Shown one piece after another: positions 1-11,910 of a stretch of DNA of 64,000 nt (position 1 is its first letter; each line of letters begins with the position of its first letter). The notes under the pieces were generated by a model. It was not told the DNA's origin. It ran no database searches and was given only the letters and a program-made list of their open reading frames with translations. The translations under genes were made by a program, and so were the position numbers. Source of the DNA: Schizochytrium sp. TIO01 (taxonomy: Eukaryota > Protista > Bigyra: Labyrinthulomycetes); the NCBI GenBank assembly GCA_004764695.1, contig SMSO01000034.1:1178001-1242000 (forward strand). Reading direction: 5' to 3'.

Positions 1-1201
1 AGAAGCTAGTAGTAGAACTTTGAAGGTTGAAGTGGTTACAAAATTTCCAATGCTTTGTTTGGGAATACATTGATGCAAAGGCGCGCACGCACGATGTCTC
101 GTCAGACTTTACATGTTGAAAAATTCGGCAACTCCCTTTTGGTTGTTGTTATTATTTGTTCTTTATAATATAAAAATAAGACACCATTTTGTTTATCCTG
201 CTTCCTACTGTTTGATATTTAACATTCTGGGTCATCCATTGATGTACTACTCTTTTTCATAGCTCCAACCCAGTTCAAACTTTCTGTGGGATGACTGTAT
301 CCTGGTGATGACTTATGATCACCACAAAAGTTGTGGGGAAGAGCTTTTTCTTTTTTCTAGTTTTGATCAAGAAGAGCAACTCAACATTCAAAATTGCATC
401 TTGCTTCAGGATAGTAACTATAGTTTTTTTGTTTTTGTTTTATGATTAATGAACTACCTCGTTATTGGAACACTTGGCACCAAAAGTTTCACTTCTTTTC
501 TTCCTTCCTTTTTTCATTAAAAAGCCAAAACAGCATAAAAAGAAAATTGAAAACCTCTCTTCCTTACATTTTTCTTTCCTATTTCTGAAGACATGTACAA
601 TTCTCTGTCTGGATGCTCACCGTGAAGACATTGCCTTATTCGCTCGAGCTTGTCCGTGCTCAATTGAACTCATTTGGTGTATTTTCTAGCCCCTTTACTA
701 AAATTGAACCAGATTATGTCCATTTCGTTTTTCTAATCCAAGTGACTCTACTAGAACCTACTATTTAACTATTATTGCCTTCTTATAGACATCCTAAGAG
801 AAAACAGTCGAGGGAAAGATACCTTTACTACGCGTATATAGAACTAACGCTAAGCAACCTCTGTGGACGGTGGTGATCATCATCGCTTCTGATGAAATGA
901 TACACCACCTCATTTAGGTTCTCCAGGTCCGCATCGTTTTCTCCGGCTCAACTTAAGAATGAATTCTTGAGCTGTGAGTCTTCACACGGAATGGCGTCAG
1001 GCTAGTGCCCATGTTCGAGGTAGTCGTGGCCCGTAATGTGATCCAAGTTCGGATTAAAAAATATATATATCATTTAGTGGCACTAGAATCAAGAACAATA
1101 AAGGACAACAAATCAATCGACCGATCAATCGACTTCAAAGCCCGTTCAAAACGGCAGCTTCCCGCGGGCCACCAAGGGCTCCCGCGCCACTCAGCAGCAA
1201 C

Positions 1202-3961
1202 ATGGACAAGACGTCGCCCACCAGTGCTCCCGCGGGTAGTTTTGGCGGCTCGGACGGTGGTAACGGTGACCGCAGTCGCCGCCACGGTGGTGCAAACGAA
1301 AGCTTTCGTGACGACCAAGTCCAGGATGACGGACAACTGGGATCTCAAAAGGCAGCTGAGAATGCTGCTTGGAGTCACTGGTCCACGGATAATGGCGCCG
1401 GTGGCATGCAGGGCGCGACAAGGAGCTCTGCACGCAGCGTTGGCACGATTCTAGAGTCGGGACACCCGTACAGCGCAGCCCTAATGCCGATGCTATTTCG
1501 AGGTAAAGTACCTGAGGCCAGAGGGAGATTGCATACCGATGGACTGCGACATGAGCACGATGAGGCCATCCGTTCGGCCCGGAGACCAAGGTCAACCTCA
1601 TGGGACCATGCACTGAAGAAAAAGAAGCGTCGCGAGTCGATCAAATTCGACTTTGACATTCTCACTCGAACTAACTTTCGTCTCGATGAGGATCACAAGG
1701 TTCACATTCCCGATGATGATGACGAAGATGAAAATCAGGTTGATGGTTCTCAAGGTGCAGTTAACGAAGATGATAAAGACATCGTTACACTCGAGGAAGG
1801 CGTTGATGAAGACGAGGACAACAATCTTGAAAAATCTAACGCTATGAATGAGGATCGCTATGAATATGCAGTCGATGTAGAAAGCGCATACGCTCGCCAT
1901 GGTAGTGATGGGGTGCGATCTGTAGAATCCCCACGAGCCGTCACCCGGGCCTCAAGTCTTGGTAGCACTAGTAGCGAGATTATTGCAGAATTACAGCCTG
2001 GTAGCATGTCACCTCGCTTTGGACGAGCTCTCTCTGATGAAGGAGATGCGGTGACCGGGTCACCTCGCAACAACACCGGACGGCTTTCACGAATTTCGAG
2101 CTCAGATGAAGACACCTACTCAACTTTTGTTTCAGTTACCCCGAGTCGCTCCCCCAAAGCACCTGTGGCTGCGGAGACGCACCCCCTTCTTGGAAAGCAA
2201 GATTCCAACCAGAGCATGGGTAGCTATCTTTTCAACGGGGGTAGCCCCCGTACCGGAGGACAAGGAAACTGGAGGTTCTCATTTCGCAAGTTTTGGTTGT
2301 ACTGTGGTCCTGGATGGCTCATGTCAGTGGCATACTTGGACCCTGGCAACATCGAATCTGATCTTCAGGCCGGAGCATTTCACGGTTACCAACTTCTATG
2401 GGTACTTAGTGTTGCAACAATCCTTGGGCTATTTTTCCAATGCCTAGCAGTCCGCCTTGGTGTTGTTATGAACAAGAATCTTGCTGAAGCTTGTCGTGAA
2501 CACTATAGTCGGGGTGATACCTATGTGCTCTTCACAATGATGCAGCTAGCTGTTATTGGGTCTGATTGCCAAGAACTTCTCGGCTCCGCTATTGCTTTTC
2601 GCGTCCTCTTCGGTATTCCTCTTTGGGTTGGTTGTCTTTTGACAGGATTGGACACTCTTACATTTCTTGGACTTCATGTAATTGGTGTTCGCCAACTTGA
2701 GCTCTTTTTTGTCATTCTCATCGGCTTAATGGTGCTCTGCTTTGTAGGTACCTTTTTCTCTGATCCTGGTGACCCAGTTGAAATGGCACGTGGGCTTTTT
2801 GTACCCTATGTACAGGAAGAAGCCTCTGTGCAGGCTGTTAGTATTTTGGGTGCTGTAGTGATGCCCCACAATATCTTTTTGCACTCTGCACTGGTGCTCT
2901 CGCGTGATATTGACCGCTCGCGTCCGCACCGCATTTCTGAAGCCAACTTTTACTTTTCTATTGAAGCAGCTGTTGCATTATTTGTTTCGCTGCTTATCAA
3001 CGCCGCTGTAGTCTCTGTATTTGCACACGGATTTTTCAGTGAAACTTGTAGCAACATGAAAGACATACTTTTCCTGGAACCTGGAAACATCCGTGTAGAA
3101 CCGCCTTATGCGTGTGTTCCAAACGGGGTGGACAGCCATTCCAAGTATTCTACAGTACCCTGTATGACAGATGGCGGTGTCCAAGGTACTTGTATGCCGA
3201 TTGGACTGCAGGGAGCCGCGTCGGCACTCGGTAGTTTTGTGGGCAATGGTGCGGCTGTCATTTGGAGTATTGGCCTACTTGCTGCTGGTCAAAGTTCTAC
3301 TATGACTGGAACCTACGCTGGGCAGTTTATCATGGAGGGGTTTCTTGAGCTGGAAATTCCCAATTGGGTCCGTGTGGGACTCACGCGAGCTGTTTCTCTC
3401 ATTCCAGCACTCATTGTTGCTGTTCTTGCTAATTCTAATATGCTTGCAGCTGACAAACTTGACGAGCTTCTCAATGTATGGCAAAGTTTGCAGCTCCCGT
3501 TCGCACTCTTTCCGCTTCTTCTCTTTACTGGCTCATCCCGGTACATGGGCCAATTTAGGAACAGTTTCAAGGTTCAGATTCTCGGTGTTTTGATTTGTCT
3601 CTTGGTCCTGATGATCAACTTTTACCTCGTATTTAACACGGTAGACTTTATCGCAATGTCTCTTGCAGGAAAGCTTTCTACTCTTGGCTTTGCTTCTGTG
3701 TATATGTATATCTTGTCTCGCTTGGCCAAGAATATGTGGTACTCTACAGACCTTGGTGCGGCTTACAGAGGAGCTGCACCAACTACACATGAACACAAGC
3801 ATATCGAGGAGTCAAATGGCCATGCAAATGGTAAACCTGCGTCTAGTTCAGGCCCAATGCCTGTTCCTGCCCTACTTGGCCACGGAGGATACGGTGCACT
3901 CGATAAGAATATGCCACTTCAGGGACGGAGTCATTCTCAATCTATCCCAAGCCTTGATTAG
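1202..3961 (+). CDS. NRAMP: NRAMP-family divalent metal (Mn2+/Fe2+) transporter with a long acidic/Ser-rich N-terminal tail
   Basis: 919-aa ORF with NRAMP signatures GPGWLMSVAYLDPGNIESDLQAG (DPGN), VVMPHNIFLHS (MPH) and GQSSTMTGTYAGQFIMEGFL, plus 11-12 hydrophobic segments. Confidence 0.96.
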   Translation: MDKTSPTSAPAGSFGGSDGGNGDRSRRHGGANESFRDDQVQDDGQLGSQKAAENAAWSHWSTDNGAGGMQGATRSSARSVGTILESGHPYSAALMPMLFRGKVPEARGRLHTDGLRHEHDEAIRSARRPRSTSWDHALKKKKRRESIKFDFDILTRTNFRLDEDHKVHIPDDDDEDENQVDGSQGAVNEDDKDIVTLEEGVDEDEDNNLEKSNAMNEDRYEYAVDVESAYARHGSDGVRSVESPRAVTRASSLGSTSSEIIAELQPGSMSPRFGRALSDEGDAVTGSPRNNTGRLSRISSSDEDTYSTFVSVTPSRSPKAPVAAETHPLLGKQDSNQSMGSYLFNGGSPRTGGQGNWRFSFRKFWLYCGPGWLMSVAYLDPGNIESDLQAGAFHGYQLLWVLSVATILGLFFQCLAVRLGVVMNKNLAEACREHYSRGDTYVLFTMMQLAVIGSDCQELLGSAIAFRVLFGIPLWVGCLLTGLDTLTFLGLHVIGVRQLELFFVILIGLMVLCFVGTFFSDPGDPVEMARGLFVPYVQEEASVQAVSILGAVVMPHNIFLHSALVLSRDIDRSRPHRISEANFYFSIEAAVALFVSLLINAAVVSVFAHGFFSETCSNMKDILFLEPGNIRVEPPYACVPNGVDSHSKYSTVPCMTDGGVQGTCMPIGLQGAASALGSFVGNGAAVIWSIGLLAAGQSSTMTGTYAGQFIMEGFLELEIPNWVRVGLTRAVSLIPALIVAVLANSNMLAADKLDELLNVWQSLQLPFALFPLLLFTGSSRYMGQFRNSFKVQILGVLICLLVLMINFYLVFNTVDFIAMSLAGKLSTLGFASVYMYILSRLAKNMWYSTDLGAAYRGAAPTTHEHKHIEESNGHANGKPASSSGPMPVPALLGHGGYGALDKNMPLQGRSHSQSIPSLD

Positions 3962-4347
3962 ATCGAAAGACAATGCAAAGAAACCCCGCTGGGAGAAATT
4001 ATATTTCTAAACCATACACGCGGCCTCCGAAATTTAAAACAGCATAGTTACTCTCTAATAATCAAAATAGTCTTTCACTTGTAGGAAGATAAAGGAAGAG
4101 TCATGCCTCATCCATTGAGTTTTTAACCATCTTTTCAAAATTAAGTGTAAAACAAAGCTAATGTGAGTATTATTAGCCCTGAGAAACCTCCCCCGCAAAG
4201 AATACAGAAGAGTGATAGGTTGACAATACCAATGTCGAATTGTTCTGTTCGTTATTTTATAGGTGTTTTACTACGTCTTGGATGCATAAGCTCAAATGTG
4301 TACAATCTTTGCTGGACATGGTGGTACCAATTGCTTTGTATTTTGTT

Positions 4348-6843
4348 CTATTTGTGCATAATATAATTACTGGTGTTGTATTGTCGAAGTGGCGGAGTTT
4401 TACTCCATTCCTTTCGCGTTCGTGAAACCGCGTCACTTGCTAAAGATGCTCTTGCAGCTGCAATAGCAGGCGAAAGCCCCCATGGGCGTCCTGAGCGACG
4501 AGCGTCATACGATGCTGTTAGACGCTCTCTGCGTCGGATAGGCTCATTCCCAGTTTCTTGCGACGTTGTTCGAGTCAGAGGATTCCGTGCATCTATTGCT
4601 GGAGGCGGCTGGTGGTGAGAAAACGTTGCACTCGCCCCTGGTGTGGTGGAATTTCTTTTGCTAGACTTTGATTTCCCTAAACGAGAGGCTGCATGTATGA
4701 CCATATCTCCCTCCCCCATAGGAAGAATTGGTGCATATTTATGCTTCTCCCATTTTGGTGTACGTGAGCCTGGAGTACCTAGATAATCTGGAGTCGAAGG
4801 GGCATTGCTACCATACCCATAAGTATTATTGTTGTTGTCACTATCGTTGCTCTTATCGTTATTATTACTCGCAGTACTGCCAACCAAGATATTTCTCGGG
4901 TGTGACGGGCTCTCCGTACTGCGTGACCAGCGTGCACTCTTGGGTAGTGACGCACCTGAACTAGGTGCTTTAAGCGGAGGCACAGCGTTCTGTCGACCGG
5001 TGCAACTGCTACGGCTGCTGCCAGTACTGCGGCTGCTCAAGGATAAAGGATGATGCGAAATCATTTCTGTATCGCTAGAATCATAGGAATTTCCGAGTTC
5101 AGCAAGACCATATTCTGCTGGAGACAGATCATGACCGCGTCCTAAAGAGAGAGAATTCATAGCATCTTGGACCATCTCGAAAGGGTCACTAATAACACGA
5201 ACAGCCCTATGCTTAGATACACCCCCAGATTCTTTTGCGACGCCCACCTGACTGGCGACTAGATTTCCCTTGGCAGCTGACTTTGACTTTGATTTTGATT
5301 TTTTGCGGCCTTGCGATCCCTTGACTTTAAGTTTGGGGAGTTTGTATGGCTTTGATGAGATAAATTGCGACATTTCTGATGGTGATCCATCATATGAATA
5401 ATGAGAAGAACTCGAAGAGCATGAACTAGTCGTCTTGGCACTTGCCATGGTCTCCTCCTCACTAACCTCGTCGAGATGAGCAAAGTGCAGCTCATGCTGC
5501 CTTGGAGAAGTCTCAATGTAAAATTTAGATGGAAGGTGTAACTCCACACGTTCATCCTCCTCACTACGCCCAGAATGAACAAGCTTCAGGTCTAGCTTTA
5601 CAGGCATACTTTCATCATCATTGTCATCACTATCATCGTCATCACCAAAATGCTTAGCTTCACGACCACGATTCCGCCTCTTGGATCGCGACTGAGAGGG
5701 ATTTTGCGAACGTACATCTTGCTTGTTTGCCATGGATCCCCTTTGCGCTTGGGCTAAACGCCACTCACGCCGTAATCGAATTGCCTCTGACTCTGGACCA
5801 TGCTGCACAGTTGAGACGGATCTTGAAGTTGCCAGAGGGGCTACATAAGTTTCAATTGCCATTTCTGCACCACGAGCCCGCTCTCCAGCTCGAGCCACAA
5901 ATGGAAAGAAAAGAATTGTAGATGCGTCTGGACGCTCTTTGGGATCCTGTCGAAAACATGCTTCAAGAAATTGCTGGCCATGCGCAGAAAGACCTTTTGG
6001 GATTTCTGGCGTACTCTGACCGCACGCAATATGGTACATAGCTGTAACAGGATTTGAAAATTGATGCCAAGGAGGTTTGCCAGTGAGCATTTCCACGACT
6101 GTACAACCAACACTCCACATGTCAGCTTTTTTCCACATACGTTCAGATTGGTCTTCTCGAATAACCTCTGGTGCCATCCACATTGCCGTGCCTTTGATGC
6201 CATACGCAACTCCGGAATACCTAGCCGAACGAGAAGATGAACTCCAGATGCGCTTTGATGCCCCAAAATCTGCTAATTTGACAGTCCCATCGTGTGCCAC
6301 GAGAACATTACCCCCTTTAATATCACGGTGAGCTACACCATTCAAATGCAGATATTCGAGCCCTAATAACAGTTGTCGTGTATAAACACGAACCACTGAT
6401 TCTTCGAGCATACTGAATCGCTCAAGCAAGCCGCAAATAGATCCACCGGAAACATACTCCAGAAAAATGCTAATAGATGTTTCTGACCGCTCGTAGCCAA
6501 GATACTGCACAATATTTTCGTGCTTGCATTGCTGCAAGGTCTTGATCTCGTTTTCAAGCGCAGACAAGTCTTGTTTGCCGGCTGGGGTGTCATCGAAGTC
6601 TTCAATTTGTTTGACTGCAAAGAGCTTGCCATTATCAAGGTTCAGGGCCAAGTAGACGCTTCCAAAGCCGCCCTTACCCAGCATCTGTCCACGTTTCCAT
6701 CGTGTAATAGCACCGTCGCTGCTTGTACTTATAGTAGCAGGAGATGCATTGCTTATTATACCACTTTGCTCTAGACCGAGACGAAGTGGGAGACGTCCAA
6801 CCGGGCTGGGGTCTGCATCGCCTTGCTTTCCCTCTGAGTCCAT
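4348..6843 (-). CDS. STE11/MEKK-type MAP kinase kinase kinase with N-terminal kinase domain and long disordered C-terminus
   Basis: WKRGQMLGKGGFGSVY, FAVKQI, IFLEYVSGGSI, HRDIKGGNVL, DFGASK, GTAMWMAPEV and TGKPPW motifs. First ATG is at 6843; the track starts at a GTG at 6852. Confidence 0.93.
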   Translation of the reverse strand: MDSEGKQGDADPSPVGRLPLRLGLEQSGIISNASPATISTSSDGAITRWKRGQMLGKGGFGSVYLALNLDNGKLFAVKQIEDFDDTPAGKQDLSALENEIKTLQQCKHENIVQYLGYERSETSISIFLEYVSGGSICGLLERFSMLEESVVRVYTRQLLLGLEYLHLNGVAHRDIKGGNVLVAHDGTVKLADFGASKRIWSSSSRSARYSGVAYGIKGTAMWMAPEVIREDQSERMWKKADMWSVGCTVVEMLTGKPPWHQFSNPVTAMYHIACGQSTPEIPKGLSAHGQQFLEACFRQDPKERPDASTILFFPFVARAGERARGAEMAIETYVAPLATSRSVSTVQHGPESEAIRLRREWRLAQAQRGSMANKQDVRSQNPSQSRSKRRNRGREAKHFGDDDDSDDNDDESMPVKLDLKLVHSGRSEEDERVELHLPSKFYIETSPRQHELHFAHLDEVSEEETMASAKTTSSCSSSSSHYSYDGSPSEMSQFISSKPYKLPKLKVKGSQGRKKSKSKSKSAAKGNLVASQVGVAKESGGVSKHRAVRVISDPFEMVQDAMNSLSLGRGHDLSPAEYGLAELGNSYDSSDTEMISHHPLSLSSRSTGSSRSSCTGRQNAVPPLKAPSSGASLPKSARWSRSTESPSHPRNILVGSTASNNNDKSNDSDNNNNTYGYGSNAPSTPDYLGTPGSRTPKWEKHKYAPILPMGEGDMVIHAASRLGKSKSSKRNSTTPGASATFSHHQPPPAIDARNPLTRTTSQETGNEPIRRRERLTASYDARRSGRPWGLSPAIAAARASLASDAVSRTRKEWSKTPPLRQYNTSNYIMHK

Positions 6844-9280
6844 GTCTTTCACCCAAGCCCAGCGTCTTATTTCGCAGTGCTGGACGCTTTGGCGTGTGCC
6901 TCGTGAACCTTCTCACAATAGAGGCAGGGTGAGCAAGGATTGTATTACAATAAAGGCTCTGTACGTTCTTGTACTTCTCTATTGTAGACGTCCACCACTG
7001 CGCAGCTGCTGTTGATGCCAGAACTTCTAGGCTCACCAAGCTGGTGGTGCGCTTCTTGTTTGAGCTTATCCGCTTTATTCTACCTCTCGCGAGATTTCAC
7101 ACAAGACGTTATCAAGGTCTAATTTAACAGAGACAACACAAGTTTACCATATCAGAGTCGTCCAATCGCAACAGACGACTCAGCTGTGCTAGGCTGTCAA
7201 GGCCAAAGACGGCGTTCGAACAGCTTGCACTGCTCCTCAAACAATATACACTTATGCAAACTAACACGGTGAAATAGACATAGAAGCAGGAGAGAGGGAT
7301 GGAGAAAGCCCACTGGGGTCTCTGCTGCTCCTGGGACACCTCCTCTCAAGTTCTCTTACCCTTCACCACCGTTTCACTAGAAGTAGAAGTCGCAAGAGCA
7401 ATTTATTCTTGTCGTAGGCACAGTAAAAAATGCAGTGCCTAAGCTTAAATATATTTCTCAACCAAGGGCACCTACCTTAAAGCACCAAGTTCTCCAACCC
7501 AAACAAATTTCAAGACGCGCACTCTCACCAACTATGTCTAACCAATACAACCCAACGACCAAGTCCAGCCTTAAAGTCAGTCAAGCCCTCGCTACTTCAA
7601 CAAGCTCTCCCGAGCGAAAGCAAGCTATCAAACAACCAAAAGGACTCCGCCATGAGCAGTGAAGTGCACCCCCACTCACTCTCATATCCCATCAACTCCC
7701 AGGTTCAACGGCCATCGGGTTGCGCAGTCCACAAATAAAAAAAAATAAAAAACATAATCGAAGAGCGCGTGGCCTCGAGACACTACCAACCAACCCGAAA
7801 ATAACACACTCGCTAGCTCACATCATCGAAACCAAAATAGACCAAGCAGCCAAGCGAAGAAGATCTGGCGGATTTAGAGCGCTTCGAGGGCAAGATAATA
7901 AGTGCCAGGGGAGGAGGAGCAAGCGGTCTTTAGGTTTTGCAAGAAGAAGCACCTGCGAAGTCCTACCTCAATGCAATGTGCAGTCTCTAGAGTACTGCTT
8001 AAGGAAATGTGCAGTATAGGTGGATAGATAGGACTCCATAGTGGTTCTCAAAGTGAGCTGGAATTTTGTTACGTGGAAGCTTTTCAATTGAAAACAGTTT
8101 TAAAGATTGGTCTTTTCATTTGTTTGTTTGGTTTTCCAAGTCAAAATTAACGTTTTAAAGAAGAATGTGACATCAAATTGGCCAAATGATTCATACTTCA
8201 TCTTCACTTTAACTATAACTATATATATATACTTTATCTATTATTTTAAAAAAAAAGTTTCTCAATTAGATTTAAAAAGAACATTAAAAAACATTAAAAA
8301 TATAGATATATAGATAATGAAGAAAACGAAAAGAAAGGAAAATGAACTCGGGAAAGGATGAAAGCGTCGATAATAAATATTCCCTGAATGAGATATGAAT
8401 GGGTTTTCTTCTTTTCTCAAACTTAAAAAAAAAAAAGTAAAAAAAAAAAAGTAAAAAGGTAAAAAGAATGGAAATCACTATATTGCGTAGTTAGCCGGTA
8501 CTAGTACACTTTAGATAGATAAGCAAAATGTTCAATGCTTAGCTTTAGTTTTTACTAGCATCTGCGTAGCTGGTACTACCTAGTTAGCGTCAAGTCATGA
8601 AAGCCATTTATGTGAGAAGATGGGCAAAGCAAAGTTCTTTTCAATTAATTGGTGATGGATGACGCCAATTCTAAGGATGAGGAGCGCCGCGGAGACTGCA
8701 ATTGTTTGTTAATGTATTGGAGATGGTCAATTGGCGGAGGAAGATGAAGAGCTGAAGACGATTAATCACACGGAGAGAGAGCGCTAGATAACTATGGGTT
8801 GGAGGCGGTGGCATGAAACGCCAGAGAGCTAGCTAGCTTGCTTGCTGTGAGTGAACGCAGCATGTCCTTTCATGCCTGAAAAGGCCAAAACTCTGGAGAT
8901 AAATTAACAAACGAGGGTTCTCGGAAAGTCTGCGCCGAAGAGCGAACAATGGAGCACAGACTGACTGACTGATTTAATTTGACTTAACTCACTTACTCAC
9001 TCATTCCTGTCACAAGGAGGCGTCACCGATCGCTCGCTGTCCTCTCATGCACCATAACGGTGGCATTGTCTGTCATGAACGAATCAATGCACGAATCTCT
9101 TGTGAGGATCGAGGAAACCAATAGGCAGTCAGGCAGTCAGGCAGTCAGTCAGTCAGTCGCCTCGGAAATTGGTGAAATGTCCCCTACGAGCGAAGCGTGG
9201 AAGGAAATCTTTGAGCAAGAGCACTCGCTCTGAGGGGTTTTAGCAGGTACCTACGAACTGACTAGCTGCCTATGGGGGGG

Positions 9281-9419
9281 CATTCATTCACTCATTCATT
9301 CATTCATTCATTCATTCATTCATTCATTCACTGACTCATTCATTCATTCATTCATTCATTCATTGACTCATTCATTCATTCATTCATTCATTCATTCATT
9401 CATTCATTCATTGACTCAT
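9281..9419. repeat. (CATT)n microsatellite interrupted three times by TGACTCA
   Basis: Tetranucleotide array of about 140 bp, directly visible. Confidence 0.95.
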
Positions 9420-9705
9420 ATTTAGTAGGCGTGTATTACATTACATACACATTACACCTTTTGGTGGCATTACAATGCTGCAGTTCTGTATTAGATTGCG
9501 CTGCTACGTAAGGTGGAGGCAGGCTTGGAAGCCGACAGGCGGCTGCTGAGACGCAGAAGGCGGGCAGACAAATCAAGAACTGCAGCGCCGGGCCTCGCAG
9601 AGCAAAGTCCCCGTGGCAGCGGCCCTGGCGGCGAGCGCATGGTGAAAGGCACGCTGGCCAAGAAGCCCTGGCAAAGGCGGCTTTGACGAGGCAGGATTGT
9701 CAAAA

Positions 9706-10929
9706 ATGTTCAGGGCGACAACTACGTGTGCTGGTAACACGAGGGGACTCCTTTGGAGCGGAGAGGCTGCTGCAAATGTCGAGGGGAAGGCTCGAGCAGG
9801 ACTCCAGATGCGGCAACTGGGGCAAAGGCTGGGGAACAATGTCGGACGCGCAAAAGTTGGAGACATGAGGACAATCGTGAGAAAGCGAAATATTACGGTA
9901 AATTTGCCGAGAGTGGAGACGCTGTGCTCGCGTCTACGCTCCAAGCTTGGACCTGCCAAGCTCAACTGGATCTTGCACACCGGCAATATATTGGCCATTG
10001 GGGCAGCATCGAGCGATGACATGTTGCAGCTACGAACATGTATGGCGTGCGCAAGTGGATGCAGCATCCTTTTTAATATGCTGCAACCGAGGCCTTTGTG
10101 GAATCCCGCTGCGTGGAGCTTATTTTTTCTGACTATGCATAGCTATCAGATTCGTCGTATTCTCCTTGAGAACCAGCCTTTACAGCTTTCCCCTCGTGAG
10201 CATGAACTGTATGAACGGGCTTTTATGCCTTTCGGCTTCACTCCACGAACCTTCAAAACTCTGATGCGCAACGCAGACTGCCAGTGGGAAGTCATTGAGC
10301 CTGGCGATGCGATTGCCAAAGCCGGGCACAATCAGAAAAGAGCTGCATTCGTAATGGATGGCACAGTGCAAGTCTTCAGCTCACCAGATCTCATGGTAAA
10401 TCGGATTTCAGTGATGCCCGAGAAAACGCATGGTGGTTGGACTGCTCACCCTTGGCATTCGGAAATTGACGAACGCGGGATTCGTCGCTGGAAGCAAACT
10501 CTCATCGCAGAAACTCGTGTTCATTTAGTAAGCTTTGATATTCGCAAGTTTTCCGAATACGTGCAGCAAAACCCAAAGCTCATTATGGCATCTGAGCGCT
10601 TGCAAATTGAGGACCTCTGGGGAAGATTACGTGGCTCGCATGCTGAAAGATTACGTCAAATCGATGAACTCAAGGCTCAACTTGATGAGCAAGTTCTTGA
10701 GGCGTATTTTGCCATGATCCAAATCGCCGTTTCGGACGGAATTCTCACGCATGAGGAAATCGAGAGTTGCGATAATTATCGCAGAGAACATGGCATCACT
10801 GATGCACAGCATGATAAGGTCATGCACCAGGTTGGCTGGTGCAGCTCAGATTTTACACCTGGCACATGCACACAGTTTGCTCGCTCCAAGTTCTTGATGA
10901 AGTCTACCCCGCAGTCAGCTACTTCTTGA
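9706..10929 (+). CDS. Popeye-domain (POPDC/BVES-like) membrane protein with cNMP-binding-like domain and C-terminal TerB-like helical domain
   Basis: Three short TM segments (HTGNILAIGAA..DMLQLR..MACAS..ILFN..WNPAAWSLFF), then LSPREHELYERAFMPFGFTPRTFKTL, a cNMP-fold region (IEPGDAIAKAG..FVMDGTVQV) and YFAMIQIAVSDGILTHEE..YRREHGITDAQH. ATG at 9706. Confidence 0.75.
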   Translation: MFRATTTCAGNTRGLLWSGEAAANVEGKARAGLQMRQLGQRLGNNVGRAKVGDMRTIVRKRNITVNLPRVETLCSRLRSKLGPAKLNWILHTGNILAIGAASSDDMLQLRTCMACASGCSILFNMLQPRPLWNPAAWSLFFLTMHSYQIRRILLENQPLQLSPREHELYERAFMPFGFTPRTFKTLMRNADCQWEVIEPGDAIAKAGHNQKRAAFVMDGTVQVFSSPDLMVNRISVMPEKTHGGWTAHPWHSEIDERGIRRWKQTLIAETRVHLVSFDIRKFSEYVQQNPKLIMASERLQIEDLWGRLRGSHAERLRQIDELKAQLDEQVLEAYFAMIQIAVSDGILTHEEIESCDNYRREHGITDAQHDKVMHQVGWCSSDFTPGTCTQFARSKFLMKSTPQSATS

Positions 10930-10964
10930 GTGCATACACTCTGTTATTGCGATAGTTCCCTTCA

Positions 10965-10994
10965 TCTCGTCTCGTCTCGTCTCGTCTCGTCTCG
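10965..10994. repeat. (TCTCG)6 microsatellite in the 3' flank of the Popeye gene
   Basis: Directly visible. Confidence 0.9.
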
Positions 10995-11910
10995 CCTCTT
11001 CCTCATGTATGATAAACAGAACCCTGGCCTTTTGTTGCAAAACTATTTGGTACTGCATAGAAAACACTTTTTGTAAAACTATTTTATTCTGTAGCAGTAT
11101 CCATTAATTCGTGCGTTGACTTGCTTTTCGCTCAGCCAGATCTATCACAGCGTTTCCCCCCAACGCAATAGACTAGTCTAGTCAACTAGTCTAGTCAACA
11201 TATCAAGATTGAATGAGTTTGAGTTTAGCGTCACCCGTTTGCCTCCAGGAAAGTGCAGCTCTTATTCTCGTTTATCATCAAGGTTTTTCTCCTTATCCTG
11301 ATATGATTGCTCCCTCACAATCAATAAGTACCTTGACAGTAATTGAGACCTCTCCTATGCTAGCCATTGCCAAACACCCTGCCCACTCTGGATGCTGATA
11401 CATTATAATAGGTAGGCCTACACCTGGGAGGATCTCATATCATTTGGCACAAGTACCCTATCAGAATAATTCTAGGCCGACCTTGCGGGCAGAATTTCCA
11501 GAACCTGACAAGAGCCTCCGATTTGAGAGATCCTAGTGTCACGAGAGAAAAACCGGAGCTTTCTGCAAGTACAAGAAGTCTTAGCTAACTTTGTCCGACA
11601 GTAAGAGTTGCGGCATTAAGTGTATCCCAACTTAAGACGCCTCAATAATTCGAAGTTTCAAGAAGAACCCGTTTTCGCTTATCTTCTGGAAGGAAAGGAG
11701 TTCTGAGGTCACGAAAGACGGATTACTTAGGAACTTGAAAGAAAATACTATTAGGAGTATGTATTAGGTAGGTGTTAGGTAGGTACTTATTTTGTAGGCC
11801 GGAAAATGATGTCTAGCAAAGCCAAAACGAAGACTTGTGCTTGAAGATCCGTGGCATAATCTCGGGCTGTTTGGAGGCGGCCGGTCGACGTCACTCGCCC
11901 TCTGGTCGCC

